Positions 18,130-28,708 are shown, numbered from the stretch's first letter. The stretch: DNA of 64,000 nt from an uncultured Lachnospiraceae bacterium (GCA_910579505.1 CAJTTZ010000011.1:5482-69481); one strand, 5' to 3'. Translations and numbers: made by a program. The notes: generated by a model from the sequence alone, not told the origin.

Positions 18130-19050
18130 ATGGGTGGACTTGTAGCGTTACTTGTTGTATTGGTACTGATTGTGCTGATTCTTGCGTCCTGTATCAAGAT
18201 TGTACCGCAGGCGCAGGCTTATGTGGTGGAGCGTCTGGGCGCGTACCAGCAGACGTGGTCTGTGGGCCTGCATATCAAGGTTCCTTTTCTTGATAAGGTG
18301 GCGAAAAGAGTGGTATTGAAGGAGCAGGTGGTAGATTTTGCACCCCAGCCTGTGATTACGAAAGATAACGTTACCATGCGGATTGACACGGTAGTCTTCT
18401 TCCAGATTACGGACCCGAAGCTTTTTGCTTACGGCGTGGAAAACCCGATTATGGCTATTGAGAACCTGACGGCGACAACCCTCCGTAATATTATCGGCGA
18501 GATGGAGCTCGACCAGACGCTCACCTCAAGAGAGGTGATTAACACGAAGATGCGCGCTTCCCTCGACATCGCGACAGACCCCTGGGGTATCAAGGTGAAC
18601 CGGGTGGAGCTTAAGAATATTATCCCGCCTGCGGCGATTCAGGACGCCATGGAGAAGCAGATGAAGGCGGAGCGTGAACGGCGTGAAGCGATCCTGCGTG
18701 CGGAAGGTGAGAAGAAATCCACCATTCTTGTGGCAGAGGGACAGAAGGAGTCGGCGATTCTGGAGGCGGAGGCGGAGAAGCAGTCCGCGATCCTGCGTGC
18801 GGAGGCACAGAAAGAGAAGATGATCCGTGAGGCGGAAGGTGAAGCGGAGGCGATTCTTAAAGTGCAAAAGGCGACGGCGGACGGTATCCGCATGATCCGT
18901 GAAGCCGGCGCGGACGAGGCTGTCTTAAAGATCAAGAGTTTAGAGGCCTTTGAGAAAGCGGCGGACGGTCAGGCGACGAAGATCATCATACCTTCGGAAA
19001 TTCAGGGACTGGCAGGACTTGCGGCCTCTGCAAAGGAAGTGTTCAAATAA
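18130..19050 (+). CDS. SPFH/band-7 (stomatin-like) protein
   Basis: 306 aa with an N-terminal TM segment, the SPFH core (IVPQAQAYVVERLG...TKDNVTMRIDTVVFFQI) and a coiled-coil A/E/K-rich tail. Confidence 0.9.
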   Translation: MGGLVALLVVLVLIVLILASCIKIVPQAQAYVVERLGAYQQTWSVGLHIKVPFLDKVAKRVVLKEQVVDFAPQPVITKDNVTMRIDTVVFFQITDPKLFAYGVENPIMAIENLTATTLRNIIGEMELDQTLTSREVINTKMRASLDIATDPWGIKVNRVELKNIIPPAAIQDAMEKQMKAERERREAILRAEGEKKSTILVAEGQKESAILEAEAEKQSAILRAEAQKEKMIREAEGEAEAILKVQKATADGIRMIREAGADEAVLKIKSLEAFEKAADGQATKIIIPSEIQGLAGLAASAKEVFK

Positions 19051-19054
19051 CAGC

Positions 19055-19262
19055 GAGAGAAGTACTTCTAAAACTCAGCAGTATAAAGCGACAGGACGGT
19101 TCTACGGATCCGTCCTATTTGCGCGAATAAGCAGAGTCAGAAAGCGGCAGAGACAGGATGCGTGCCTGCACGCAAGACTGTCTAGGTCGATTTATGACGA
19201 GCAACGCGAACGAGAAATGCGAAGCATTTCGAGTCTGCTTATACGGCAGAGTCAGAAGGCAG
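19055..19262. repeat. array of intergenic hairpins (repeat family)
   Basis: It contains gaagtacttctaaaactcagcag, the stems aggacgg/ccgtcct (19093-19116), tgcgtgc/gcacgca (19158-19173) and gaaatgc-gaa-gcatttc (19214-19230), and gcagagtcagaa twice (19131- and 19246-). Confidence 0.75.
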
Positions 19263-19283
19263 ACTACATAAGGAGGCGGTATC

Positions 19284-20288
19284 ATGGACTTGAAGGGACG
19301 CAGTTTTTTAAAACTTCTGGATTTTACGCCGGAAGAAATATCATACATGCTGGACGTGGCGGCGGATTTGAAGGATAAGAAAAAGAAGGGAATCCCCGTG
19401 GACACGCTGCGGGGGAAAAATGTGGCGCTGATTTTTGAGAAGACAAGCACCAGGACAAGATGTTCCTTTGAGGTGGCGGCCCATGACCTTGGTCTGGGAA
19501 CCACTTATCTGGACCCGTCGGGCTCCCAGATCGGCAAGAAAGAGAGTATTGCGGACACGGCGCGTGTTCTGGGGCGCATGTATGAGGGAATCGAGTACCG
19601 CGGATACGGGCAGGATATTGTGGAGGAACTGGCGAAACATGCGGGCGTGCCGGTCTGGAACGGCCTGACCAATGAGTTCCACCCGACCCAGATGCTGGCG
19701 GACCTTTTGACGATACGGGAGCATTTCGGCCGCGTAAAGGGCATTAAGCTGACTTACATGGGAGACGCCCGTTACAACATGGGAAATTCACTGATGGTGG
19801 CATGCGCTAAGATGGGAATGCATTTCACGGCATGTACAAGCAAAAAATACTTCCCGGAGGAGGAACTGGTGAAGACATGCCGGGAGATTGCGGAGGAAAA
19901 CGGCGGTTCCATCCGGCTGACGGAAGATGTGCCGGAGGGCGTGACGGGAGCGGATGTGGTATATACGGATGTATGGGTGTCCATGGGCGAGCCGGAGCAG
20001 ATCTGGGAGGAGAGACTGCATGATCTTGCGCCTTATCAGGTCAATGCGAAAGCGATGGCCCTCGCCGGAAAAGATGCGGTGTTTATGCACTGCCTGCCTG
20101 CGTTTCACGACCACCTGACCGATATCGGGAAGGAGATCGGTGAGAAGTACGGCATGGCGGAACTGGAAGTGACAAACGAGGTGTTTGAGTCGCCGCAGTC
20201 CATTGTGTTTGACGAGGCGGAGAACCGCATGCACACCATCAAAGCGGTTATGGCTGTGACACTTGGCGGGAGTGAAAAGAACTTCTAA
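19284..20288 (+). CDS. argF: ornithine carbamoyltransferase
   Basis: 334 aa with [13 protein letters not shown] and HCLPA motifs. I cannot decide between an anabolic and a catabolic role from the sequence. Confidence 0.9.
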   Translation: MDLKGRSFLKLLDFTPEEISYMLDVAADLKDKKKKGIPVDTLRGKNVALIFEKTSTRTRCSFEVAAHDLGLGTTYLDPSGSQIGKKESIADTARVLGRMYEGIEYRGYGQDIVEELAKHAGVPVWNGLTNEFHPTQMLADLLTIREHFGRVKGIKLTYMGDARYNMGNSLMVACAKMGMHFTACTSKKYFPEEELVKTCREIAEENGGSIRLTEDVPEGVTGADVVYTDVWVSMGEPEQIWEERLHDLAPYQVNAKAMALAGKDAVFMHCLPAFHDHLTDIGKEIGEKYGMAELEVTNEVFESPQSIVFDEAENRMHTIKAVMAVTLGGSEKNF

Positions 20289-20413
20289 AGCTCAGCAGCA
20301 ATGGCTGCTTCGTGGAGAAGTTCGAGATTTGCTTTGCAAATCACTTTCACGCGGGAGAATGCCAAAATACGGGCATTCTCCGTATAGATTTTGCGATTCC
20401 GCAGAGCGGAATC
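20279..20413. repeat. array of four to five consecutive hairpins (repeat family)
   Basis: The stems are gaacttct...agaagttc (20279-20323) enclosing agcagc/gctgct, then gatttgc-ttt-gcaaatc (20325-20341), ggagaatgcc-aaaatacg-ggcattctcc (20354-20381) and gattccgc-aga-gcggaatc (20395-20413). Confidence 0.85.
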
Positions 20414-20436
20414 ATGGGGGTGCAATAGTTAAATTC

Positions 20437-21444
20437 ATGAAAACAGACAAATCGGATATTTTGACATGTCTGCGGAACAGCGGGGATTACGTGTCGGGGC
20501 AGCAGCTCTGCGACCGCCTCGGTGTCTCCCGCACGGCGGTCTGGAAGGTGATTAACCAGCTGAAGGAGGAGGGCTACCGAATCGAGTCGGTGCCAAGCCG
20601 GGGGTATCGTCTGGTGGAGAGCCCGGCGGATGTGTATTCGGAGAGTGAGATCGCCAGCAGAGTTCACACGAAGTGGGCGGGGAAACGGCTTGTCTTTTTT
20701 GAGTCCACGGGTTCCACGAATCCTGACGCCAAACACTATGCGGAGGAGGGAGCGCCGCACGGAACGACGGTGGTTGCCGACAGGCAGACGGCGGGCAGGG
20801 GCCGCAGGGGCAGGTCGTGGGAGTCGCCGGCGGGCCGATCCATTTATTTTACGATTGTCATCCGTCCGGCGTTCGCCCCGGATAAAGCGTCCATGGTCAC
20901 ATTGGTGATGGCGCTTTCCGTGGCGGAGGCGATTCATGAAGTGACAGGGCTTGATACAGGCATTAAATGGCCGAATGACATTGTGGTGAACGGAAAAAAG
21001 GTAGTCGGGATTCTCACGGAGATGAGTATGACGCCGGAGATGAATGAGATCCAGTTTCTGGTGGCGGGAGTAGGCGTCAATGTGAATCAGGAGAGCGGGG
21101 AGGAATTCCCGGAGGGGCTCCGGGGGACGGCGACTTCCCTGAAAATGGAGTCCGGGCAGCAGTTTGACCGGGCGGGGCTGCTTGCAAGGATTCTGGAGCA
21201 GTTTGAGCAGGATTATGAAACCTTTGAGCGGACGGTTAACCTTTCCGGGCTTCGGGCGCGTTATGAGTCCCGTCTGGTTGGGAGGAACGCTGCGGTGCGG
21301 GTGCTCGATCCGGCGGGAGAGTACACCGGGATTTCGAGGGGCATCACGGAGACGGGAGAACTGGTTGTGGAAAGGGAGACGGGAGAAACGGTCCTTGTCT
21401 ATGCAGGGGAAGTGTCGGTCCGCGGGCTGTACGGATATGTCTAA
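20437..21444 (+). CDS. birA: bifunctional biotin-[acetyl-CoA-carboxylase] ligase / biotin operon repressor
   Basis: It has an N-terminal wHTH (VSGQQLCDRLGVSRTAVWKVINQLKEEGY) and the ligase motif GRGRRGRSW. The start is moved to ATG 20437 because the ORF-track extension is made of the hairpin repeats. Confidence 0.9.
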   Translation: MKTDKSDILTCLRNSGDYVSGQQLCDRLGVSRTAVWKVINQLKEEGYRIESVPSRGYRLVESPADVYSESEIASRVHTKWAGKRLVFFESTGSTNPDAKHYAEEGAPHGTTVVADRQTAGRGRRGRSWESPAGRSIYFTIVIRPAFAPDKASMVTLVMALSVAEAIHEVTGLDTGIKWPNDIVVNGKKVVGILTEMSMTPEMNEIQFLVAGVGVNVNQESGEEFPEGLRGTATSLKMESGQQFDRAGLLARILEQFEQDYETFERTVNLSGLRARYESRLVGRNAAVRVLDPAGEYTGISRGITETGELVVERETGETVLVYAGEVSVRGLYGYV

Positions 21445-21527
21445 GACAAGGCGGCAGTAAAATGACATACATGTCGGATTCCACGGGCGAGGGATGGCCT
21501 GCGGCAGGACAGTGACAGCGGAAGGGA

Positions 21528-21869
21528 ATGTCAATGGAAGAAGATAAGAGAATTGTGCTCTGCGGCGCGAATGCATATGAGCAGAAATATTATTTTAACG
21601 AAAAGTTTGATAAGATTCCGCAGTCGATCAAGGATGAACTGCATATCATCTGTGTGCTCTTCACGGAGGAAGTGGGCGGCATTTTTACCATCGTCTTTGA
21701 GGAGGACGGCAGTATTTCCTTAGAGACGGATGCCGAGGAGGATGATCTGCTCTATGACGAGATCAGCAGCGGACTTCTGGTGGGAGAAATCCGCAGGAAC
21801 AGGCAGGAGATGTTAGAGTCACTGCAGCTGTATTACCGGGTGTTTATCCTGCACGAAAGCTTGGTGTAA
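21528..21869 (+). CDS. conserved hypothetical acidic protein
   Basis: 113 aa with coding-like composition and no motif recognised. Confidence 0.5.
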   Translation: MSMEEDKRIVLCGANAYEQKYYFNEKFDKIPQSIKDELHIICVLFTEEVGGIFTIVFEEDGSISLETDAEEDDLLYDEISSGLLVGEIRRNRQEMLESLQLYYRVFILHESLV

Positions 21870-21873
21870 ACGA

Positions 21874-22845
21874 ATGGATCATTTATTGAAACCGCTGACG
21901 GTCGGCGGCGTTACTTTGAAGAACAATCTCATACTGGCTCCCATGGCAGGCGTGACGGACCTGCCTTTTCGTTTGCTGTGCAGCGAACAGGGAGCGGCGC
22001 TTGCCGGAATGGAGATGGTGAGTGCAAAGGCCATCATGTACGGCAATAAAAATACGGAAGGGCTGCTGCAGATCCATCCGCAGGAAGGCCCCGTTTCCCT
22101 GCAGCTTTTCGGTTCGGATCCGAAGATCGTCAGCGAGATGGCGAAGCGGATTGAGGAGCGGCCTTTTGCCATACTGGATATCAACATGGGCTGTCCTGTG
22201 CCGAAAATTGTGAACAACGGGGAGGGCTCGGCGCTGATGCGGGAGCCGAAACTGGCGGGGGAGATCATAGCCGCCACGGTAAAGGCCATAGAGAAACCCG
22301 TCACGGTGAAAATCCGCAAGGGATTTGACGCCGCCCATGTCAACGCGGTGGAGCTGGCGAAGATTGCGGAGGATGCCGGCGCCGCCGCAGTGGCTGTGCA
22401 CGGCAGGACGCGAGAGCAGTTTTACAGCGGGGAGGCGGATTGGGAGATCATAGCGAAGGTGAAGGAGGCGGTCTCCATTCCCGTGATTGGAAACGGGGAT
22501 GTGACGGACGAAAAGAGCGCGGAAAAACTGCTTAGGCAGACGGGATGCGACGGCGTGATGATCGGCCGTGCCGCCAGGGGAAACCCGTGGCTGTTTAGGC
22601 AGATTGCCGCCTACCTGGAAGACGGGCAAAGGCCGCCCGCGCCGTCCATGGAAGAGAAGAAAGAAATGATTCTGCGCCACGCCGCGCTGCAGTTAAAAAT
22701 AAAGGGAGAGTATACCGGCGTTCGGGAAATGAGAAAGCACCTGTCATGGTATACGGCAGGGCTTCCGGGTTCCGCCAGACTCAGGGGCAGCGTGAACCAG
22801 GCGGAAAGCTTTGAGGAGATCAGGCGGCTGGTGGAATCTATGTGA
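21874..22845 (+). CDS. dusB: tRNA-dihydrouridine synthase
   Basis: 323 aa with LAPMAGVTDLPFR, DINMGCP and HGRTREQ motifs. Confidence 0.9.
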   Translation: MDHLLKPLTVGGVTLKNNLILAPMAGVTDLPFRLLCSEQGAALAGMEMVSAKAIMYGNKNTEGLLQIHPQEGPVSLQLFGSDPKIVSEMAKRIEERPFAILDINMGCPVPKIVNNGEGSALMREPKLAGEIIAATVKAIEKPVTVKIRKGFDAAHVNAVELAKIAEDAGAAAVAVHGRTREQFYSGEADWEIIAKVKEAVSIPVIGNGDVTDEKSAEKLLRQTGCDGVMIGRAARGNPWLFRQIAAYLEDGQRPPAPSMEEKKEMILRHAALQLKIKGEYTGVREMRKHLSWYTAGLPGSARLRGSVNQAESFEEIRRLVESM

Positions 22846-22947
22846 TCTCAAAAACGGCGGGCCGGTTTTTGGAAATCTTTCTGCATGTCAGAAAGTCTAA
22901 AGTCATATACTGTGTCAGAACGGGAGACAGGCACAGGGGAAAACACG

Positions 22948-23781
22948 ATGGAAACGGAGAGTATTGTCTACTTTCATCCCACGCAGGATATGTATAAAAT
23001 GGCAGCCGCCAAGAGACACTGGTGGGAGGGCACAGTCCTGCCGGAAAACATTTTGCGGGCGGAGGATGCCGGCGGTTTTTTTGTGCCCGTGGACTGCACG
23101 GTGCCGCATTTCTACTATAAAAAGAAACCGTGGCCCGAGGAGGTTTTGTCGCAGGCCATGGAGACTGTGCTTCACGGCGCGCCGGGACTGGCGGACGCAT
23201 TTCTGCATCCACAAGTAATGACACTTATGTCAGAAAGGCAGAGGGAACGCTGGGAGCCGCGCCGGGAGACCATGGAAAAGCTGGCCGCAAGTCTGCTTGC
23301 AGCCTCTGCCGCCGACAGCCTGTTTCAAAAAGGCAGGGTGAATGTACTGCTGGGCAGGCCCGGGGATACGGATTGGCAGATGGAGATGACGAGAAGGCTT
23401 CTGGACCCTTATCTGCCGAGGATCAACAGCCTGATCTTCCATTTTGAGGAGGTGGATGGAACGGATATCTGGGAGGAGACGGCGGATCAGCTGGAAGAGT
23501 ACGGGTACGAATATGGGCTTGTGCCCGGTATGCGGCCTTATCTTAAGACACAGAAGGGGCTTTGCTGCAGCAGGGAAAGGTGCGGCGGGGTGATTCTGGA
23601 TTACGCGGACACGCCAAGATATCCCAGAGTGGAGCGGGAGGGACGGACGGTCTATGCGGATTTGACCTCCAATCAGGAAAAGGAGCAGGTCTGCATCGGG
23701 AAAAACGGCTGTATTCTCTATATATCGCCCCTCAAATATCTTGACACTATAGTGAAAACTGGTTATGATAGAAAAACGTGA
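22948..23781 (+). CDS. hypothetical protein
   Basis: An open frame with host-like composition and no recognised motif. The start is uncertain (22885 in the ORF track, 22948 possible). Confidence 0.45.
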   Translation: METESIVYFHPTQDMYKMAAAKRHWWEGTVLPENILRAEDAGGFFVPVDCTVPHFYYKKKPWPEEVLSQAMETVLHGAPGLADAFLHPQVMTLMSERQRERWEPRRETMEKLAASLLAASAADSLFQKGRVNVLLGRPGDTDWQMEMTRRLLDPYLPRINSLIFHFEEVDGTDIWEETADQLEEYGYEYGLVPGMRPYLKTQKGLCCSRERCGGVILDYADTPRYPRVEREGRTVYADLTSNQEKEQVCIGKNGCILYISPLKYLDTIVKTGYDRKT

Positions 23782-23862
23782 GGAATGCTGAAACGTGCAT
23801 TTTTTGCCATGGGAAAATTTACATTGAAAAATGTATAACTGGGGAAAGGAAGATTTTTTACC

Positions 23863-24345
23863 ATGCAGGAGAAAAAGAATATTTTAACTTATGAAGGCTT
23901 ACGCAAATACGAGGATGAGCTACATGAACTGAAGGTGGTAAAGCGTAAGGAAGTGGCCCAGAAGATCAAGGAGGCCAGAGAGCAGGGCGATCTCTCCGAG
24001 AACGCCGAGTACGATGCGGCTAAGGACGAGCAGCGTGACATCGAGGCGAGGATTGAGGAACTGGAGAAAATCCTTAAAAATGCCGAGGTTGTGGTGGAGG
24101 ATGAGGTAGATCTCGACAAGATCAACATCGGCTGCCAGGTAAAGATACTGGACGTGGAGTTTAATGAAGAGTTAGAATATAAAATCGTAGGTTCTACAGA
24201 GGCGAACAGTTTAAAGGGAAAGATTTCCAACGAGTCTCCCGTGGGCAAGGCGCTGATCGGCAGCAAGGTCGGTGATACGGTAGAGGTGGAGACACAGGCG
24301 GGCGCCATTCAGTATAAGGTATTGGAGATCCAGAGGTCCAACTGA
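23863..24345 (+). CDS. greA: transcription elongation factor GreA
   Basis: 160 aa with the coiled-coil motif [13 protein letters not shown] and the C-terminal motif [13 protein letters not shown]. Confidence 0.95.
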   Translation: MQEKKNILTYEGLRKYEDELHELKVVKRKEVAQKIKEAREQGDLSENAEYDAAKDEQRDIEARIEELEKILKNAEVVVEDEVDLDKINIGCQVKILDVEFNEELEYKIVGSTEANSLKGKISNESPVGKALIGSKVGDTVEVETQAGAIQYKVLEIQRSN

Positions 24346-24407
24346 GCGCAAAGGGCGGCTGCAGGGAATAGCACACATAGGAATCGTATTGGAGAAAGGA
24401 CAGCAGT

Positions 24408-26516
24408 ATGGCAGAGACACAGCAGGATATCAATCAGCTTTTGAAGGTGAGAAGAGAGAAGCTTGCAGCCTTGCAGGAGGCGGGCAGAGACCCTTTTCGG
24501 ATTACAAAGTACGACGTAACCCATCACAGTCTGGAAATACGGGACAATTTTGACGCGCTGGAGGGGAAAACCGTCTCCGTCGCGGGCCGTGTGATGAGCA
24601 AACGCGTTATGGGTAAGGCATCCTTCTGTAATGTGCAGGATCTGGAGGGAGATATTCAGGTCTATGTTGCGAGAGACAGCGTGGGTGAGGAACCTTACGC
24701 CGATTTCAAGAAATATGACGTGGGTGATATAGTCGGCATCGAGGGCGAGGTTTTTAGGACCAAAACAGGCGAGATATCCGTCCACGCTTCAAATGTGACA
24801 TTGCTGTCAAAAAGTCTGCAGATCCTGCCGGAAAAGTATCATGGGCTGGTAAATACGGATATCCGTTACCGGCAGAGATATACGGACCTGATCATGAACG
24901 GGGATGTGAAAAAGACTTTTGTCATGCGCTCCAAAATCATCAGTTCCATCAGACGTTATCTGGACGGACAGGGATTCCTGGAAGTGGAGACGCCCATGCT
25001 CGTGTCCAATGCGGGCGGAGCGGCGGCAAGACCATTCGAGACGCATTACAATGCGCTTGACGAGGATGTGAAGCTCCGCATCTCCCTGGAATTATATCTG
25101 AAGAGGCTGATCGTGGGCGGCATGGAGAGAGTCTATGAGATCGGGCGGGTATTTCGAAATGAAGGGCTCGACGCAAGGCATAACCCGGAGTTTACGCTTA
25201 TGGAACTGTATCAGGCCTACACCGATTACAACGGGATGATGGACCTGACAGAGAACATGTTCCGCCATGTGGCGAAGGAAGTATGCGGCACAACTACCGT
25301 GCCCTACGGGGATGTGGAGATTGATCTGGGCAGGCCTTTTGAGCGGATCACCATGGTGGAGGCGGTGAAGAAATATACAGGCGTCGATTTTGACGAAGTG
25401 CAGGACACGGCGGCCGCCAAAAAGATTGCGGATGAGAAGGGCGTACACTACGAGGAGCGTCATACTAAGGGGGATATCATCAATCTCTTCTTTGAGGAGT
25501 TTGTGGAGGAACATCTGGTTCAGCCCACTTTTGTCATGGACCATCCCGTGGAGATATCGCCGCTCACCAAGAGAAAGCCGGACAAGCCGGATTATGTGGA
25601 GCGCTTTGAGCTGTTTATCACGGCGAGGGAAATGTGCAACGCCTATTCCGAGCTAAACGACCCCATCGACCAGAGAGAGCGGTTTAAGGCGCAGGAAGCT
25701 GCGCTTGCGGCTGGCGACGAGGAAGCGAACACGACGGACGAAGATTTCATGAACGCGCTGGAGATCGGCATGCCTCCTACGGGCGGCATCGGGTACGGCA
25801 TTGACAGGCTGGTGATGCTGCTCACCAATTCCCCTGCGATTCGTGACGTCCTGCTCTTCCCCACAATGAAAAGTCTGGACAAAAAGCCTTCCGATGGGGC
25901 GAAGGCCGCGAAGAAGCCGGCTGGCGGCGAGGCAAAAAAGAGCAGTGTGACCCGCGAACAGGCGCTGGAACTTTTGAAAAAATATAACAAGGAGCCGTTT
26001 CATATCCAGCACGCGCTGACTGTGGAAGGCGTGATGCGCTGGTACGCGAAAGAGCTTGGCTATGCCGAGGAAGAAGAGTTCTGGGGCATTACCGGGCTCC
26101 TGCATGACATAGATTTTGAGCTTTATCCCGACGAGCACTGCAAGAAAGCGCCGGAGCTTCTGCGGGAGGGCGGCGTGAGCGAGGATATGATCTACGCGGT
26201 CTGCTCCCACGGATTCGGGCTGTGCAGTGAGGAGGAGCCGAAGCTTGAGATGGAGAAAGTGCTTTTTGCGGCTGACGAGCTGACAGGGCTGATCTGGTCC
26301 TGTGCGCTGATGCGTCCCTCCAGGAGCACGATGGACATGGAGGTCAAGAGCCTGAAAAAGAAGTTTAAGGACAAGAAGTTTGCGGCGGGCTGTTCCAGGG
26401 AGGTTATTGCGCAGGGAGCCCAGATGCTTGGCTGGGAGCTGGACGATTTGTTTGATAAGACGATTCAGGCGATGAGAAGCTGCGAGGCAAAGGTCGCTGC
26501 GGCGATGGAGGAATAG
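24408..26516 (+). CDS. lysS: lysine--tRNA ligase (class II) fused to a C-terminal HD-domain module
   Basis: The LysRS core runs to LLFPTMK (about 25871). A K/A/G-rich linker follows (25872-25940). The final ~192 aa (25941-26516) carry the ordered residues H...HD...H...D (HIQHAL, LLHDIDFE, CSHGFG, AADEL). Confidence 0.85.
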   Translation: MAETQQDINQLLKVRREKLAALQEAGRDPFRITKYDVTHHSLEIRDNFDALEGKTVSVAGRVMSKRVMGKASFCNVQDLEGDIQVYVARDSVGEEPYADFKKYDVGDIVGIEGEVFRTKTGEISVHASNVTLLSKSLQILPEKYHGLVNTDIRYRQRYTDLIMNGDVKKTFVMRSKIISSIRRYLDGQGFLEVETPMLVSNAGGAAARPFETHYNALDEDVKLRISLELYLKRLIVGGMERVYEIGRVFRNEGLDARHNPEFTLMELYQAYTDYNGMMDLTENMFRHVAKEVCGTTTVPYGDVEIDLGRPFERITMVEAVKKYTGVDFDEVQDTAAAKKIADEKGVHYEERHTKGDIINLFFEEFVEEHLVQPTFVMDHPVEISPLTKRKPDKPDYVERFELFITAREMCNAYSELNDPIDQRERFKAQEAALAAGDEEANTTDEDFMNALEIGMPPTGGIGYGIDRLVMLLTNSPAIRDVLLFPTMKSLDKKPSDGAKAAKKPAGGEAKKSSVTREQALELLKKYNKEPFHIQHALTVEGVMRWYAKELGYAEEEEFWGITGLLHDIDFELYPDEHCKKAPELLREGGVSEDMIYAVCSHGFGLCSEEEPKLEMEKVLFAADELTGLIWSCALMRPSRSTMDMEVKSLKKKFKDKKFAAGCSREVIAQGAQMLGWELDDLFDKTIQAMRSCEAKVAAAMEE

Positions 26517-26528
26517 GATGATGAAGAA

Positions 26529-26565
26529 GGCGGTGAATCCACGAAAACGGATCCACCGCCGTTTT
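26529..26565. terminator. bidirectional terminator between convergent lysS and GGDEF genes
   Basis: ggcggtgaatcc (26529-26540) pairs with ggatccaccgcc (26549-26560) with 1 mismatch, followed by gtttt. Confidence 0.65.
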
Positions 26566-26576
26566 GCTGCCAGCCT

Positions 26577-28481
26577 TTACAGAAAGGACTCCTTCCGCTC
26601 CCTCTTATTTTTATACATCTTTTCATCCGCTTCCTTCATCAGCTTTTCGTAGTCCGCAGACTGCCCGGTCAGGCTGCAGCCGAAGGAAAAACGGAGAGGA
26701 ACCTGCACCTGGTCATTCAGATTTGCGAAACTCTGGTTCTGCAGGTCTGCCAGAAGGGAGATGGCGTCAGTCAATTCCTGGCCGCTGTCATAGCCGTATA
26801 TGAAGAGGACGAACTCGTCGCCGCCGAGTCTTGCGGACACAGAGCTTTTGGAACCGAAGTCCCGGAACAGGCCGGCGATTTCCTTCAAATAGACGTCGCC
26901 CGCATCGTGGCCGTAGGTATCGTTAATTGTTTTCAGGTTATCCGCATCAATCATGACAATCGCGCCATGGCCGAGCGTTTCCGGCTCGGCGAACAGGGCG
27001 GAAAGCCGATTCTCCAAGCCGCGGCGGTTATAAAGCCCGGTCAGCGGATCGTAATCCCGCTCGGCTTCTATCTTCCGGCGCTTTCTGATTTCATCTGTCA
27101 CATCAATGACAACGCCGAAAATCTCGTCGTCCTTGCTCAGCTCTTCCAGTTTGACATAGTGCTCTTTCAGCGGGTATATATTGGTCTCGCCTTCGACGGG
27201 ATCTTGGCACAGCCCGCTGATAAAAGAACGGAACTGCCTGTGGTCTGAGGACAGCTTCTCGGTTTCGGCCTGATCCAGACAAAGGATGTGCGGCACATGC
27301 TGGGTAAAACGCACTCTCTTCATGTGACGGTTGTATTCATATACGCCGATATACATATTTGTTTTGCTTAAAACATAAGACATCTTTTGGCTGTTGTCCA
27401 AAAGGCTCTGCTTCATTCTGTTGATATAACCGCTCAATTCTGAAAATTCCACGCTTGTCTGAATGTTGATCATTTCATCCAGATTGCCCTGGGCGATGCT
27501 GTGCAGCTTTTTGTTGACGCTGTGGATGCCGTCAACCACATATTGATTCATATAGGTGGTAACCACCCGGAAGAGAATGATTGCAATGGTAATCAGGCAG
27601 AATGCAAGTCCGACCGTTATGGGCGGGATACGCTGGTACAGCACCCGCCTTGAAAGAACACGGCCGATGTAGTTTTCGTTATATTTCGCAAACACGCAGT
27701 AGGATTCTTCGCCGTTTACATTGGCATGGAAACCTTCTCTGCCGGCTGTCACTGTGTTGAGGCTGAGTCCGATCTCCGAAAGGTTTTTGCCGACGCATGA
27801 AAGGTCGGTGGAGCCGACAATCTCGCCGGTTTTGGCGTTCACAGCGTAATAGTTGGCGTCAGGATTGACCCGGAACAGGGAAAAAAGATAGGAAAGCTCA
27901 TTTTTTTCGGTCGCTTTCATCACATTGACGGGCTCCATGCCTATCTGAACGATAAACGCGCCGTTTTTGCTCCAGAGCGCGGAGTACTGCATCAGCTTTG
28001 CCTCTGCCGTGTTGGGCGTGATATCCTGAACGAGACGCAGTGATTTGTCAGTGAGCATGGGTTTAAAAAACTGCATCTGCTCCCCGGAATCAAAAGTAAA
28101 GTCGTAATATTCCGGGTGGGTTCCCGCGTAGATACGGCCGGTGGTATCAAAGATATGGATTTCGTCCACTTCCATCATCTCGGCAATTTTTTTCAGCTCC
28201 TCCACACTGTTTAGGACGGAAGGGTTACCTTCTATAATATAGGCGATTGCCTCCGCATTGTGCAGACATGTCTGCCGGTAGGCTTCTTTGGTTTCGGCAA
28301 GCTCCGCCGTATTCTTTTCCAGAAGCTGTTCAATCTGGTAAAAAGTTTCCGTGGCGGTCTGATATGCCTGCTTGTGCTCGCGCATAATCTGAATGCACAG
28401 GATCAATGCCAAAAGAACGACGACGAGAACAAAAGTGACGGAGCGCATATAGCGGCTGATTATATTTCTAAGAGTCTGCAT
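26577..28481 (-). CDS. diguanylate cyclase with periplasmic Cache-like sensor
   Basis: 634 aa with 2 TM segments flanking a ~260-aa extracytoplasmic domain. The C-terminal GGDEF domain has an intact RLGGDEFVL motif. Confidence 0.85.
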   Translation of the reverse strand: MQTLRNIISRYMRSVTFVLVVVLLALILCIQIMREHKQAYQTATETFYQIEQLLEKNTAELAETKEAYRQTCLHNAEAIAYIIEGNPSVLNSVEELKKIAEMMEVDEIHIFDTTGRIYAGTHPEYYDFTFDSGEQMQFFKPMLTDKSLRLVQDITPNTAEAKLMQYSALWSKNGAFIVQIGMEPVNVMKATEKNELSYLFSLFRVNPDANYYAVNAKTGEIVGSTDLSCVGKNLSEIGLSLNTVTAGREGFHANVNGEESYCVFAKYNENYIGRVLSRRVLYQRIPPITVGLAFCLITIAIILFRVVTTYMNQYVVDGIHSVNKKLHSIAQGNLDEMINIQTSVEFSELSGYINRMKQSLLDNSQKMSYVLSKTNMYIGVYEYNRHMKRVRFTQHVPHILCLDQAETEKLSSDHRQFRSFISGLCQDPVEGETNIYPLKEHYVKLEELSKDDEIFGVVIDVTDEIRKRRKIEAERDYDPLTGLYNRRGLENRLSALFAEPETLGHGAIVMIDADNLKTINDTYGHDAGDVYLKEIAGLFRDFGSKSSVSARLGGDEFVLFIYGYDSGQELTDAISLLADLQNQSFANLNDQVQVPLRFSFGCSLTGQSADYEKLMKEADEKMYKNKRERKESFL

Positions 28482-28708
28482 GGACTTCTCCTTTGCTGTA
28501 CAGCATAATGGTTTACATAACTATGACCTGCACATAGTTAAATCTTACATAAGATACTATATATAGCAGGAGAGTGTCAAGGCAAAAGGATAGATTGCAG
28601 AAAATACGGTATAAATTGCGTAAAAAAGGAAAGAGAGGCTTGTCATTTTAAGAGAGTCGGTGATAGACTGATAAAAAGAGTCAGGAAAATACGGCAGGAG
28701 TAAGAGCA

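Noticed and set aside
19055-20413. Possibility that the recurring hairpin repeats are a CRISPR array
   Set aside because: There is no regular repeat-spacer periodicity. The repeats are heterogeneous nested palindromes scattered over 40 kb, and no cas genes are present.
20263-20436. 58-codon N-terminal extension of birA, and similarly the 36643 start of the kinase and the 46166 start of the permease
   Set aside because: The extensions are translated hairpin-repeat or operator DNA. Good RBS-start pairs exist downstream at 20437, 36679 and 46229.
20347-21576. 409-aa minus-strand ORF
   Set aside because: It is entirely antisense to birA, which has clear wHTH and GRGRRGRSW motifs. Its R/P/H-rich composition is typical of shadow frames in GC-rich coding DNA, and it has no RBS.
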